DNA of 63,974 nucleotides, filler included, from Methanobacteriota archaeon (lineage in GTDB: Archaea; JACRDV01), in assembly GCA_024860865.1 (NCBI GenBank). It is 6 parts of 6 records of this genome, joined end to end, with 100 filler letters (N's around TTAATTAATTAA, not from the genome) between each part and the next. Parts side by side here need not be neighbours in the genome. Positions count along the whole stretch, not along the records: positions 20,529 to 41,839 come from JACRDV010000069.1; 5 more parts are not named here. One strand, 5' to 3'. Made by a program: the position numbers and the translations under genes. The notes under the pieces are model-generated. The model had not been told where the DNA came from. It saw only the letters and a list, made by a program, of their open reading frames with translations, and searched no databases. Within the stretch, counting starts at the first letter, position 1, and each line of letters opens with the position of its first letter. Below are positions 21,089 through 31,599 of this stretch, one piece after another.

Positions 21089-22429
21089 GTGTTTAAATTT
21101 AAAATTCCATGTGTTCTAACTATAGCCGGCTCTGATAGCAGCGGAGGAGCTGGAATTCAAAATGACTTGAAAACTTTCGCTAGTTTAAACGTCCATGGCC
21201 TCTGTGCAATCACATCTATTACTGCTCAAAACACAGTTGGAGTTCATGCAATATTTGATCTTCCACTTAAAATGATTGAAAAACAAATTGATGTAGTGGT
21301 CAATGATATAGGAGTCGATGCCGCAAAAACTGGGATGCTAAATCGAAAAGAGACAATCAAAATTATATCAAAAAAAATTAAACAGTATAGTATCCCAACT
21401 GTTGTTGATCCAGTGATGATAGCTGCTTCAGGAGCACCCTTGCTCAGGCCAGATGCGGTAGATTTCTTAAAAAATGACCTTTTTCCAGTTGCAAAAATTG
21501 TAACTCCTAATTTGTTTGAGGCTGAAAAACTCAGCAATATCAAAATTTTAAACTTAAATAACGCAAAGCAAGCAGCTAAAAAAATTGCACAGTTTGGGCC
21601 AGAAGCAGTTTTGATAAAAGGCGGTCATGCCGGATTCAAAGAAGCTATCGATGTTTTATACTTTGGTAAGAAATTTTATACATTTAAAAGTGAAAGAATT
21701 GAAACAAAAAATCTACATGGTGCTGGCTGTACTTATTCAGCTGCAATTGCTGCTGAGCTTGCAAAAGGTAAAAATATAGTTGAATCAATCGCTTCTGCTA
21801 AAGGATTCATAACAAACGCTATTAAGTTTGGCCTAGAAATTGGCCATGGGCCTGGGCCAGTGAATCCGACTGCCTTCCTCCATAATGAAGCTGAAAAATA
21901 TAAAATCATTCGAAATCTTAAAGAAGCCATTATAATCCTACAAGATTGTAAAAATTTTGTTAAGCTAATTCCAGAAGTTGGAACAAACATAGCTATGGCT
22001 TTGCCCTACGCAAAAAATTTGAGCGATGTAGCTGCTATTCCAGGCAGGATTGTGCGATTTAAGGACCACATTAAAATTGTTGGCGATCCTGAGCTTGGTG
22101 GCTCGAAGCATGTTGCAACAATAGTGCTAACTGCTATGAAATTTGACCCTCTAGTTAGAGCTGCAATTAATATCCGCTACTCAGAATCAATTCTCAAAAC
22201 TTGCCAACGGATGAAGCTATACATCTCAACCTTTGACAGAACAAAAGAGCCAAAGGGAGTAGAAACTATGGAGTGGGGGACACAAGAAGCTATTAAAAAT
22301 TTTAGAGGTATTCCAAGTGTAATTTACGACCTTGGAGCAGTTGGAAAGGAACCTATGATCAGAATTCTGGGGAAGTCAGCAGTTGAAGTTGCCGGAGTTG
22401 CTGCAAAAATCGCTGAGGCTCTCAAATGA
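21089..22429 (+). CDS. thiDN: Bifunctional HMP/HMP-P kinase and thiamine-phosphate synthase ThiDN
   Basis: IAGSDSSGGAGIQ, HGAGCT; C-terminal IPEVGTN...GAVGKEPM (ThiN). Confidence 0.93.
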   Translation: MFKFKIPCVLTIAGSDSSGGAGIQNDLKTFASLNVHGLCAITSITAQNTVGVHAIFDLPLKMIEKQIDVVVNDIGVDAAKTGMLNRKETIKIISKKIKQYSIPTVVDPVMIAASGAPLLRPDAVDFLKNDLFPVAKIVTPNLFEAEKLSNIKILNLNNAKQAAKKIAQFGPEAVLIKGGHAGFKEAIDVLYFGKKFYTFKSERIETKNLHGAGCTYSAAIAAELAKGKNIVESIASAKGFITNAIKFGLEIGHGPGPVNPTAFLHNEAEKYKIIRNLKEAIIILQDCKNFVKLIPEVGTNIAMALPYAKNLSDVAAIPGRIVRFKDHIKIVGDPELGGSKHVATIVLTAMKFDPLVRAAINIRYSESILKTCQRMKLYISTFDRTKEPKGVETMEWGTQEAIKNFRGIPSVIYDLGAVGKEPMIRILGKSAVEVAGVAAKIAEALK

Positions 22430-23286
22430 TCTTCAAGCCGAAAAAAGTGCCTCTTTTAACCTCATATGAAGCAAATCAAATTTTAAAAACAATTGAAGAA
22501 GCCCCGACTAAACTCTCGATTTCTTTAAATCTTGGTTTAAGCCAAAGCGAAGTTTACCTTGAAAGGGAAAAAGTTGTATTACCAAGCAGACAAACAATTG
22601 ATATTTCTTCTCTTAAAAAGATGGCAAAAGAAACAAGAACTATTTTTTTTCTAGAGGATAACCAAATTTTTAAAGCTGCAGTTGCTCGCGAGCATTTTTA
22701 TAAACTAGTCCCTACACAAATAGGTCACCCACCAACTCTTGAAATTGATGGAATTCACATGCATAGAGTTAAAGATATTTTACCAGATAGGGATGCCCAA
22801 ATGAAAATTGATACTATAAACCCTAGACCAGGATCAATTGGATTGGATATAGGCACGGGTTTAGGCTATACAGCTGCTCATGCAATAAAGTCCGGAGCGG
22901 CCAAAGTTATTACAATAGAAAAGGACCTCAACATACTAGAAATCGCTCAATTAAATCCATGGTCATACGATCTTGCAAGTGAAAAAATCAAAATCATTGT
23001 TTGCGATGCAACAGTTGAAGTTGGTAAATTTGATGATGATTTTTTCGATTTTATAATCCATGATCCTCCTAGGTTTGCATTGGCAGGTGAGCTTTATAGT
23101 GAAGAGTTCTACCAAAAACTGCATAGAGTTCTAAAAGCAAATTGCAAACTTTTTCATTATGTTGGATCTCCAGGAGCTAAATATAGAAGAAAGGATATTG
23201 TTGCTGGGGTGATGAAAAGGCTTAAAGCTGTTGGGTTTAAAGTAGAACGCAAACCTAGAGTCCTAGGAGTCTTAGCCACAAAATAG
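22426..23286 (+). CDS. Archaeal SAM-dependent methyltransferase
   Basis: PTLEIDGIHMH, LDIGTGLGYTA, HDPPRF. Confidence 0.88.
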   Translation: MIFKPKKVPLLTSYEANQILKTIEEAPTKLSISLNLGLSQSEVYLEREKVVLPSRQTIDISSLKKMAKETRTIFFLEDNQIFKAAVAREHFYKLVPTQIGHPPTLEIDGIHMHRVKDILPDRDAQMKIDTINPRPGSIGLDIGTGLGYTAAHAIKSGAAKVITIEKDLNILEIAQLNPWSYDLASEKIKIIVCDATVEVGKFDDDFFDFIIHDPPRFALAGELYSEEFYQKLHRVLKANCKLFHYVGSPGAKYRRKDIVAGVMKRLKAVGFKVERKPRVLGVLATK

Positions 23287-23330
23287 GCCGTATTATTTAT
23301 ACCGATAATAATACTACAGGAGGTCTTCAA

Positions 23331-24212
23331 ATGCGAGTAAGTGGTGTAATACCTGCCTTAATAACTCCTTTCACTAAGAATTTTGAAATTGATGAGGAAG
23401 GCTTTCGCTCAAATATTGATTTCGTAATTAGGGGTGGAGTAAGCGCAATTGTCCCAGTTGGAACAACTGGTGAAGCTGCTACCCTTTCCCATGAAGAACA
23501 CAAAAAAGTTATTGATATAGCTATTGCTGCTGCTGGAAAAGTTCCAGTATTTGCAGGCACTGGCTCAAACAATACAGCTGAAGCGATTGAGCTGACAAAA
23601 TATGCTGAAGATGCTGGCTCAGATGCCGCCCTTATGATTACTCCATATTACAATAAGCCAAATGATAGCGGTATAGTTAAACATTTTAAAGCAGTTGCTG
23701 AAGCCGTTAATATCCCAATTATTTTATATAACATTCCAGGACGCACCGGACAAAATGTAAGGCCTGAAATTATCGCAAAGCTTGCAGAGATAGACAACAT
23801 CATTGCTATTAAAGAAGCCAGCGGCGATTTACGCCAAGTTATGAAAATCATCGAGCTATGTGGCGACAAGCTACAAGTTATATCTGGTGATGATGAACTA
23901 ACTTACCCAATTATGGCATTAGGTGGAACCGGCGTTATTTCTGTTGCTGCAAATATCATCCCCAAACAGATGTGCAAACTAGTTGATGCAATGACAAAAG
24001 GAAATTTAAAACAAGCTAAACAGCTTCATTACAAGTATCTAAAGCTTTTTAAGACTCTTTTTTTAGAAACAAATCCTGTACCAGTCAAAGAAGCTATGAA
24101 TATGATGGGTTTGGCAGCAGGCCCAACTAGACTTCCTCTTGGTCCGATGTCAGAGGAGAACAGAAAAACCTTGAAAGCTGTTTTAGAGAGCTATGGCTTG
24201 CTAAAAAGGTGA
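23331..24212 (+). CDS. dapA: 4-hydroxy-tetrahydrodipicolinate synthase
   Basis: GTTGE, YNIPGRTG, IKEASG, ETNPVPVK. Confidence 0.96.
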   Translation: MRVSGVIPALITPFTKNFEIDEEGFRSNIDFVIRGGVSAIVPVGTTGEAATLSHEEHKKVIDIAIAAAGKVPVFAGTGSNNTAEAIELTKYAEDAGSDAALMITPYYNKPNDSGIVKHFKAVAEAVNIPIILYNIPGRTGQNVRPEIIAKLAEIDNIIAIKEASGDLRQVMKIIELCGDKLQVISGDDELTYPIMALGGTGVISVAANIIPKQMCKLVDAMTKGNLKQAKQLHYKYLKLFKTLFLETNPVPVKEAMNMMGLAAGPTRLPLGPMSEENRKTLKAVLESYGLLKR

Positions 24213-24216
24213 AATT

Positions 24217-25038
24217 TTGATTAATGTCGCAGTTGGTGGAGCCCACGGCAGAATGGGCGGCCAAGTTGTTTCACTCGTAACTCAACAGCCAGATATGAAA
24301 TTGGTTGGGGCAATTGAATCGCCAAACAGCCCGAAGCTTAGACTTGATATTGGAGAGGTCATCGGTGTTGGAAAAATTGGAGTCCCTATATCTAGTGCTG
24401 AAAAAATTCATGATATTTTAGTCAATTCCAATGCCGACGTATATGTCGACTTTACAACTGCTGCAGCTGCAACTAAAAATGCAAAGGCTGCTGCCGAAGC
24501 CAGAACCGATTTGGTGATCGGCACAACCGGTTTTTCGCCTGAGCAATTGAAAGAAATTGAGGAAGCAATTAAAAAAAATCAAATTTCTGCCGTAATTTCA
24601 CCAAACATGGCAGTAGGGGTTAATGTATTCTTTAAAATTGTTGAAGAAGCTGCGAAGATATTGAGAGATTATGATATTGAAATAATTGAAGTCCATCATA
24701 AATATAAGACCGATGCTCCAAGTGGCACTGCAAAGAAAGTTGGTGAAATAATTACGAAAGCGCTTGGGTATGATTTAAACAAAGTTAGCACTTATGGTAG
24801 AAAAGGAATCACCGGCGAAAGAAAACCAGAAGAAATTGGATTTCATGCGATTAGAGCGGGTGATATAGTGGGGGATCACACTGTTTTGTTCGCTGGTCCA
24901 GGAGAACGTATTGAAATAATCCATCGCGCCCATAGTCGCCTTGCATTTGCCCATGGAACAATGAAAGCAATCCGTTTTGTATATGGACAAGCTGAGCCAG
25001 GTAAAATTTATAGCTCACGCGAAGTACTTAATCTTTAA
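24217..25038 (+). CDS. dapB: 4-hydroxy-tetrahydrodipicolinate reductase
   Basis: GAHGRMG, IGTTG, EVHHKYKTDAPSGTA. Confidence 0.96.
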   Translation: MINVAVGGAHGRMGGQVVSLVTQQPDMKLVGAIESPNSPKLRLDIGEVIGVGKIGVPISSAEKIHDILVNSNADVYVDFTTAAAATKNAKAAAEARTDLVIGTTGFSPEQLKEIEEAIKKNQISAVISPNMAVGVNVFFKIVEEAAKILRDYDIEIIEVHHKYKTDAPSGTAKKVGEIITKALGYDLNKVSTYGRKGITGERKPEEIGFHAIRAGDIVGDHTVLFAGPGERIEIIHRAHSRLAFAHGTMKAIRFVYGQAEPGKIYSSREVLNL

Positions 25039-25081
25039 TCAACAAAAAGTATCACAGCAATATCTCAATAAGGCAAAGCTA

Positions 25082-25264
25082 ATGGCGACAATAAAAATCG
25101 ATGTGGCCAAATGCGATAGATGTAAAACTTGTGTGGAAATATGCCCGGCTAGCATTTTTGAGCTTCATAATAAAGAATTAAATGTAGTTAATTCTCAAGA
25201 TTGCATAGAATGCTATGCATGTGAGGAAGAATGCCCTCAAAGTGCAATTCAAGTCATTATATAA
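25082..25264 (+). CDS. 2[4Fe-4S] ferredoxin
   Basis: CDRCKTCVEICP and CIECYACEEECP. Confidence 0.92.
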   Translation: MATIKIDVAKCDRCKTCVEICPASIFELHNKELNVVNSQDCIECYACEEECPQSAIQVII

Positions 25265-25293
25265 ATATCTCGACAGCCAGAGGTTAAATTTTC

Positions 25294-26376
25294 ATGAAAA
25301 AAATTAAAGTTGGAGTTTTAGGCGCCACAGGTATGGTTGGCCAACGTTTTATTCAGCTGTTAAGCAATCATCCTTGGTTTGATTTATCAGTTTTAACAGC
25401 TTCAGCACGCTCTGCTGGCAAAAAGTATCGCGAAGTTGCAAAGTGGTACTTAGAAACTCCAATGCCTGAAGAAGTTGCTGAGATGACAGTTGTTGATACA
25501 GCTCCAGATGCAGTAAAAAAGGCAGGAGGTACTGAAATAGCATTTTCAGCACTGCCGGCAGAAATAGCAGATGTTGCAGAACCAGAATTTGCAAAAGCTG
25601 GTTATATTGTTGCTAGCAATGCAAGCAGTTTTAGAATGGAAAAAGATGTGCCGCTTATAATTCCAGAAGTAAATCATGATCATTTAGAGCTAATTAAAGT
25701 CCAACAGAAAAATAGAGGTTGGAGTGGTTTTATCATTACCAATCCCAACTGCTCGACTATCAATCTAGTAATATCACTGAAGCCTTTGTTTGACGAGTTT
25801 GGCATAAAAGCTGTTATAGTTTCGACTATGCAAGCACTTTCTGGAGCAGGTTATGAAGGAGTTCCTTCAATGGCTATCCTTGATAATATACTCCCATACA
25901 TCTCTCATGAAGAAGAAAAAATCCAAACTGAAACTCTAAAGCTTTTGGGAACCTATAGAGAGGGGCAAATACAGCCTGCTAATATCAAAATTAGCGCAAG
26001 TTGTAACAGAGTCTTTGTGTTGGATGGACATCTTGAGACAGTGTTCGTTGAGCTTAAAAGACCTGCAAAAATTGATGAAGTTAAAAAAGCCTTTCAAAAC
26101 TTCAATGCATTGCCTCAAAAACTTAAACTTCCTACTGCCCCAATACCTCCAATTGTTGTTAGAGAAGAAATTGACCGCCCTCAGCCAAGGTTAGACAGAG
26201 ATGCTGGAAAAGGGATGGCTGTTGTAGTTGGTAGAATTAGAAAAGATGCCGTTTTTGATGAGGGAATTAAATATTTAGCACTAGGGCATAATACCATAAG
26301 GGGTGCTGCAGGAGCATCTGTCCTAAATGCCGAGCTTTTGGTCAAACAATATTGGAAGGCAGCGCAAACTATATGA
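25294..26376 (+). CDS. asd: Aspartate-semialdehyde dehydrogenase (archaeal type)
   Basis: [23 protein letters not shown]. Confidence 0.96.
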   Translation: MKKIKVGVLGATGMVGQRFIQLLSNHPWFDLSVLTASARSAGKKYREVAKWYLETPMPEEVAEMTVVDTAPDAVKKAGGTEIAFSALPAEIADVAEPEFAKAGYIVASNASSFRMEKDVPLIIPEVNHDHLELIKVQQKNRGWSGFIITNPNCSTINLVISLKPLFDEFGIKAVIVSTMQALSGAGYEGVPSMAILDNILPYISHEEEKIQTETLKLLGTYREGQIQPANIKISASCNRVFVLDGHLETVFVELKRPAKIDEVKKAFQNFNALPQKLKLPTAPIPPIVVREEIDRPQPRLDRDAGKGMAVVVGRIRKDAVFDEGIKYLALGHNTIRGAAGASVLNAELLVKQYWKAAQTI

Positions 26377-26436
26377 ATATGGTAGCTCTTGTCCTATTTG
26401 GAGCAAAATCTTTCAGTGAACCTTGGAGGTGCTTAA

Positions 26437-26721
26437 ATGGCTGAAATGGCTGACGAAAATGTCGTCTACGTTGGAAGCAAAGCTGTTATGAACTATGTGC
26501 TCGCGGTTGTGACGCAATTTAACAACAACGCGAAAGATGTCGTATTAAAAGCCCGCGGCCGCGCGATTTCTCGAGCTGTTGATGTGGCAGAAATAGTACG
26601 CAACCGCTTTATGCCAGATATTGACGTCAAAAACATCGGCATTAGCACAGAAGAGATTGCGACTGAAGAAGGAAACAAAATAAACGTTTCAGCGATTGAA
26701 ATTAGCTTAGCAAAGAAGTAG
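26437..26721 (+). CDS. albA: Chromatin protein Alba
   Basis: [21 protein letters not shown]. Confidence 0.97.
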   Translation: MAEMADENVVYVGSKAVMNYVLAVVTQFNNNAKDVVLKARGRAISRAVDVAEIVRNRFMPDIDVKNIGISTEEIATEEGNKINVSAIEISLAKK

Positions 26722-26778
26722 CCCATTTTTGGGTTTCTTCCTAAAATTTTTTATTTTTATTAGTTTCTATTAGGTTAT

Positions 26779-27786
26779 ATGCTAACTATTGGTATCGAGC
26801 ACGGAACTACTAAGATTGCTTTTGCTGTTCTTAAGGATAGCAAGTTGCATAACTTTTTCTCTTTAGATAGAAAGCTGCTCGCCCAAAAGCAAGTTTCAGT
26901 CATAGACACGCTCAAGCGCGTGTTGCCCCAAAAACTTTCTGAGGTAAAGATGATCGGAATTAGTTATTCCATGGGTGATGCTCTAACTGAAATTACTCCA
27001 ATTCAAAAAGTCAAAAATCGAGGAATCTTATCAACTGGTGGTACAGGAGAATTTATTGGCGGAGGAACTCAAGTTTTCGATGAAATAAGTAGTTCCGGAT
27101 TGCCAGCTGTTGTGATTCCAGGCATTCACCGCAATTTACCATGTCTAGATCCTAGATTTAGAGCAGCTTATTCCCACCATGGCGGCGCAGATAAAGTTGG
27201 AACAGCATATGAAGGATATCTCTACTCTCAATCTATTCTCAAAAAACAAGTTCAAAATTTGATTATTTCGGACATTAGTTCTGGCACTGTAACAATCCTA
27301 ATTAAAGATGGAAAAATTCATGGCGCAATAGATGCTTGCTTAGGCGCAATGGGGCTTTACTACGGTCCACTTGATTTAGAAATGATTAGAAAAATTGACA
27401 ACAGAGAGTTAACTGCAAATGAAGCTTTTACTTTTAGTGGAGCTAGAAAAGTTGCTTGCATAAAAGAAAAAGAAGAAATAATTCAAGCTGCAATTAATGG
27501 CGACCCTAAAGCCCAACTAGCCTTTGAAACATTAATTATGGCTGTTACAATGGAAATTGCTGGAATTTCCTCACTAGTAGATAAGCTCGATTGTATTATA
27601 ATAACTGGGTCAATTGGGGCTATGGAATCGCCAATAAATATTTTCGAAAAAATAAAACAACAGACTTCAAAACTTGGTCCAGTATTAAAAATGGATGAAA
27701 CTTCAACAGCAATCGGCTGTGCGAAAATTGCGCAAGCTGTAGTTGAGGGAGCAAAAGAAATTCTTGGAATTAAAGTTACCCTCTAA
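26779..27786 (+). CDS. UPF0285 / methanogenesis marker 12-like ASKHA-fold protein
   Basis: GIEHGTT, SYSMGD, VVIPGIHRNLPCLDPRFRAAYSH, GAIDACLGAMG..GPLDLEMIR. Confidence 0.8.
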   Translation: MLTIGIEHGTTKIAFAVLKDSKLHNFFSLDRKLLAQKQVSVIDTLKRVLPQKLSEVKMIGISYSMGDALTEITPIQKVKNRGILSTGGTGEFIGGGTQVFDEISSSGLPAVVIPGIHRNLPCLDPRFRAAYSHHGGADKVGTAYEGYLYSQSILKKQVQNLIISDISSGTVTILIKDGKIHGAIDACLGAMGLYYGPLDLEMIRKIDNRELTANEAFTFSGARKVACIKEKEEIIQAAINGDPKAQLAFETLIMAVTMEIAGISSLVDKLDCIIITGSIGAMESPINIFEKIKQQTSKLGPVLKMDETSTAIGCAKIAQAVVEGAKEILGIKVTL

Positions 27787-27834
27787 AACACGCTAAAAAA
27801 ATAGATAAAACTAAATAAAATTAAAGGATCTCTT

Positions 27835-28623
27835 ATGCCTTACCTGTCTATAAAAGATGCCCGAATATACTATCAATCTAAAGGTGAAGGCAACCCAATA
27901 GTATTTTTGCACTGCTGGACTTGCAATCGATTATTTTGGAAATACCAAATTGAAAAATTTTCCTCACAATATAAATGCATTGCATTAGATTTTCCAGGAC
28001 ATGGTAAATCTGAGCCTGCTAAAAAGTATGCGCCTGAGTTCTTATCGGAGATAGTTTACGAACTAATTGCAAAAATTATCAGTAAAAATCAAAAAATCAT
28101 TCTCGTGGGCCACAGCCTTGGAGGAGTTGTGGCATTGCAACATGTCCTAGATCACAAAGATAATGTAAAAGGGTTGATTCTTGTTGATACCACCGCCCGA
28201 CTAAATCAACCCACATTGCGAACTTTATCCTCTCTTTTCGCACTAACCGACTACAGCACGTTTATTCCGAATAGAAGGATGGTGGCACATGTCACAACTC
28301 ACCCGCTCTCGGATGTAAAAATTAAAGACTTTATTAAAGACCAAATTGCTAAAGTTCCAAGTTTTGTTATAGCCCAAGTATGGAAAGATATGATAAATTT
28401 TGATGTTGCTCATAAACTACGTGAAATTAAAGTTCCTACCTTGATTATTGTGGGCGATTTAGATGTGATTACAGGAATAAAGGATGCTGTCTTTTTGCAC
28501 TTATCAATTAAAAACTCAAAACTACGAATCGTACCAAGATCAGGCCATATGACGATTCTTGAGCAACCAGAAAAATTTAACAGTTATATGTTGGAATTTT
28601 TGCAAAAAATTAATGAACTTTAG
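27835..28623 (+). CDS. Alpha/beta hydrolase (candidate PHA depolymerase or esterase)
   Basis: DFPGHG, GHSLGG nucleophile elbow, Asp and His of the triad; convergent with phaC. Confidence 0.85.
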   Translation: MPYLSIKDARIYYQSKGEGNPIVFLHCWTCNRLFWKYQIEKFSSQYKCIALDFPGHGKSEPAKKYAPEFLSEIVYELIAKIISKNQKIILVGHSLGGVVALQHVLDHKDNVKGLILVDTTARLNQPTLRTLSSLFALTDYSTFIPNRRMVAHVTTHPLSDVKIKDFIKDQIAKVPSFVIAQVWKDMINFDVAHKLREIKVPTLIIVGDLDVITGIKDAVFLHLSIKNSKLRIVPRSGHMTILEQPEKFNSYMLEFLQKINEL

Positions 28624-28680
28624 AGAAATTTAGTTTACCAAGGTAAACCTTCTGTTGCAATTTTTTCGTAAAGTTCAACT

Positions 28681-29850
28681 TTAATATTTCAATTTAAAAT
28701 TAGAGGGTTGAAGTTTCTCTGGAAGGAATTTGGCTATTTTAAGCATTTTGTTAGTAAAACTCCTTTGGATTGGTCTTGCAGTGTTTTTCTCATGCATTTT
28801 AATTGTTGTTTTAGGTAGCTGGCTGGTGAAACTGCTTTCCCCATTTATATTTGACCTGAGTCTCAGCCATTCTCCAACCTTAGACCACACCTCTTTTTGA
28901 AACTTGGAGCTGACGAAAAGCCCTATGTGTTTTGTTGGGAAAATCAACGTCTTTTTGTCCTTGCTAGAGACAGCTTCCTCCAGGGGCTTACAAGCATCCG
29001 CAGGCACTATGTGGTCTAATTCCGCAACGATATTTAGCACTGGCATATTTATCTTTCGCAAATCAATGCGCTTTCCATCTATCCTCATCTCATTTTTTAT
29101 TAATAAGTTTTTTTGATAGCAATCCTTCAAGAATTGCCTAAAAGCCTCTCCAGCTTGGTCAGGGCTATCAAATATCCATTTTTCCATTCTAAGAAAGTTC
29201 TTAGTAAATTCTACATTATCAACATGTTCCAAGAAAGTAACGTACTTATCTATTATAAGTCGGAATGGATTCAACAACAGAAAGATGTTATTTAAGAAAT
29301 CCCCAGGGACATTACCTAAGGTATCTACAATTTTGTCCACATCAAAGTATTTCACCCATATGTGCAAAAGGCCTGCTTGTGTGCTAAAGTCAATAGGAGC
29401 CACTACAGCAATTAGATTCTTCACTTTGTCAGGATGTAGTGCAGCATACATAACTGAAAGAGTTCCACCTTGGCAAACTCCTAAAAGAGAAATCTTATTT
29501 ATGCCAGACCTTTTTTTAATGATCTCTACTGCTCTATCAATATAGCCATTGATATAATCATCAAGAGTTAGAAATTTATCTGCTCTGCTCGGATATCCCC
29601 AATCGATAAGATAAATATCCATACCCTGCTCTAATAGCCTCCGAATCATGCTCCTATCTGGTTGGAGGTCGAGCATATAAAATCGATTTACCAAGGCATA
29701 TACTATTAATAGAGGTACTGGGTGGATTTTCTCTGCCATTGGATAATAATGGAGTAGCTTAAATTTGTCCTCCTCATAAACCACTTCAGAGGGCGTAGTG
29801 CCAACATCTATGTCAAAATTTTTAAACATATTAAACTTCCTTACACTCAA
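28681..29850 (-). CDS. phaC: Class III poly(R)-hydroxyalkanoate synthase PhaC
   Basis: VGTTP, LIVYALVNR..LDLQPDRS, GVCQGG (catalytic Cys), MEKWIFDSPDQAGEAF, DHIVP, HIG. Confidence 0.95.
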   Translation of the reverse strand: MSVRKFNMFKNFDIDVGTTPSEVVYEEDKFKLLHYYPMAEKIHPVPLLIVYALVNRFYMLDLQPDRSMIRRLLEQGMDIYLIDWGYPSRADKFLTLDDYINGYIDRAVEIIKKRSGINKISLLGVCQGGTLSVMYAALHPDKVKNLIAVVAPIDFSTQAGLLHIWVKYFDVDKIVDTLGNVPGDFLNNIFLLLNPFRLIIDKYVTFLEHVDNVEFTKNFLRMEKWIFDSPDQAGEAFRQFLKDCYQKNLLIKNEMRIDGKRIDLRKINMPVLNIVAELDHIVPADACKPLEEAVSSKDKKTLIFPTKHIGLFVSSKFQKEVWSKVGEWLRLRSNINGESSFTSQLPKTTIKMHEKNTARPIQRSFTNKMLKIAKFLPEKLQPSNFKLKY

Positions 29851-30021
29851 TTTTTATTATTGAATTATTTTATAGAGTTATAAAACTTAAAGATTGTTAA
29901 ATTATTCTCCCTTTGTACGACAAACAGTAGTATAAAGTCAGACAAAAATTAGAAGATAATTAAAAGAGTACTATTCACTCGATTAAAAAAATTAAAATAA
30001 ATTTTTTTCTTATTTCATTTT

Positions 30022-30600
30022 TCAAGAAAGGGCTTTAACTTGGCCAGATAGTTCTCTCACTTGTTTTTTTAGAAGATGTATCTCTCTATTAATTTCATCT
30101 ATATCGCTTTTAGTTGGAAGGGACATTGTTTTTAGGTACCCTTGTGAAACATCCTCATAATATTTTCTAAAATCTAAAAAACTATTAATAAACGCCCCAA
30201 AATCTGAAGCAAATTCGTCTGATCTTAAAAATTTGTCAAAAGTCTCTTCATACGTGCTTATCCAAGCATTGTAAGATTCTTTATAACTTTCAATGGTTAT
30301 TTCTCCCTTCATCATTTTTGATGTCACATCGCGCATCTTCCCCATAGCTTCGGTCCAAGGCCTATAAAACTTAAAGTAGAAGTTCATCCAAGCCTTATAG
30401 AATTTTGTAAAAACCTCAAAGCCTTTAAAAAATTTTTCAGTAATTTCTTTCGCTGGTCCTAAGAGCGTCATTCCTAGAAACTTGCCAAAGGTTTCTTCAT
30501 AGGTTTTCGTCCATAAATTGTAGAACTCTTTGTAGGCCTCAGGGCTTGCAGCCCCTCTTGTAATTTCTGCCATTTTTTTTAGTTGCTCTTCGGTCATCAT
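30022..30600 (-). CDS. phaE: PHA synthase subunit PhaE
   Basis: C-terminal LPTKSDIDEINREIHLLKKQVREL signature; directly upstream of phaC. Confidence 0.85.
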   Translation of the reverse strand: MMTEEQLKKMAEITRGAASPEAYKEFYNLWTKTYEETFGKFLGMTLLGPAKEITEKFFKGFEVFTKFYKAWMNFYFKFYRPWTEAMGKMRDVTSKMMKGEITIESYKESYNAWISTYEETFDKFLRSDEFASDFGAFINSFLDFRKYYEDVSQGYLKTMSLPTKSDIDEINREIHLLKKQVRELSGQVKALS

Positions 30601-30607
30601 TCAGCCA

Positions 30608-31477
30608 TCATATCCATAGTTTATAAAGTTTAAAGTAGAAATCCATTCCCATTTTATAAAATTTCATAAGAGTGGTAGCATAGGTTTCTGAAATTTCCCA
30701 AAAGGGGTCAAACGCTCCTTTAACAGATTCGAACATTGGTACTCCTAGAAACTTGCCAAAGGTTTCTTCATAGGTTTTCATCCATAAATTGTAGAACTCT
30801 TTGTAGGCCTCAGGGCTTGCAGTCCCTCTTGTAATTTCTGTTGCTTTATCTGACATATTTTTCATTGCATCGATCCATGGACTATAAAGTTTAAAGTAGG
30901 AATCCATCCACATCCTCATAATATTAATCAAAGAATCAGAGTATATTCTTAACACTCCGGTCCAATGTCCAAATAATTCTCTCGTAGATTCAATAGCAGC
31001 TGGTCCCAGAAGATCATCAAAAATATCCTCATAAGTCTCTACCCACCTATCGTACAGCTCTTTATATTCCCTTGGATCAGTCTCTCCCTCCAGCATTTCT
31101 GTTGTTTTCTTCGATAAATCCTCCAGTGCGGCTATCCATAACTTATAACGCCCTACAGAGTCATCAGCACCTTTTAACAATTTCTCAAATGTTTCCTTAG
31201 TTGGCGCAAGGAGAGGCGTTCCTATAAACTTGCCAATGGTTTCTTCATAGGTTTTCGTCCATAAATTGTAGAACTCTTTGTAGGCCTCAGGGCTTGCAGT
31301 CCCTCTTGTAATTTCTGTTGCTTTATCTGACATATTTTTCATCGCATCGATCCATGGACTATAAAGTTTAAAGTAGGAATCCAACCACATTTTGGTTATA
31401 TTGCTATATCCGTCGGACCAAATTTTAAAAAAATTTCTTTCTCCTCCAATCATTATATTCCCCCAAGTTAATTTCAT
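30608..31477 (-). CDS. PhaE-like repeat protein
   Basis: Two copies of WMDSYFKLYSPWIDAMKNMSDKATEITRGTASPEAYKEFYNLW. Confidence 0.75.
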   Translation of the reverse strand: MKLTWGNIMIGGERNFFKIWSDGYSNITKMWLDSYFKLYSPWIDAMKNMSDKATEITRGTASPEAYKEFYNLWTKTYEETIGKFIGTPLLAPTKETFEKLLKGADDSVGRYKLWIAALEDLSKKTTEMLEGETDPREYKELYDRWVETYEDIFDDLLGPAAIESTRELFGHWTGVLRIYSDSLINIMRMWMDSYFKLYSPWIDAMKNMSDKATEITRGTASPEAYKEFYNLWMKTYEETFGKFLGVPMFESVKGAFDPFWEISETYATTLMKFYKMGMDFYFKLYKLWI

Positions 31478-31599
31478 TAATCATGTATTTAAAATTCATT
31501 TCATAGTCTAACTAGATATATAAAAAATAATAATAAATCAAACAACAATAATTACTCTTTGTATTTATTTTTTGTGTTTGAACAAAAAACAGGAGGCAT

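Noticed and set aside
30473-31383. Repeats read as a CRISPR array or DGR template/variable pair
   Set aside because: They are long in-frame coding repeats with no spacers, no adenine-specific variation and no reverse transcriptase gene in the window
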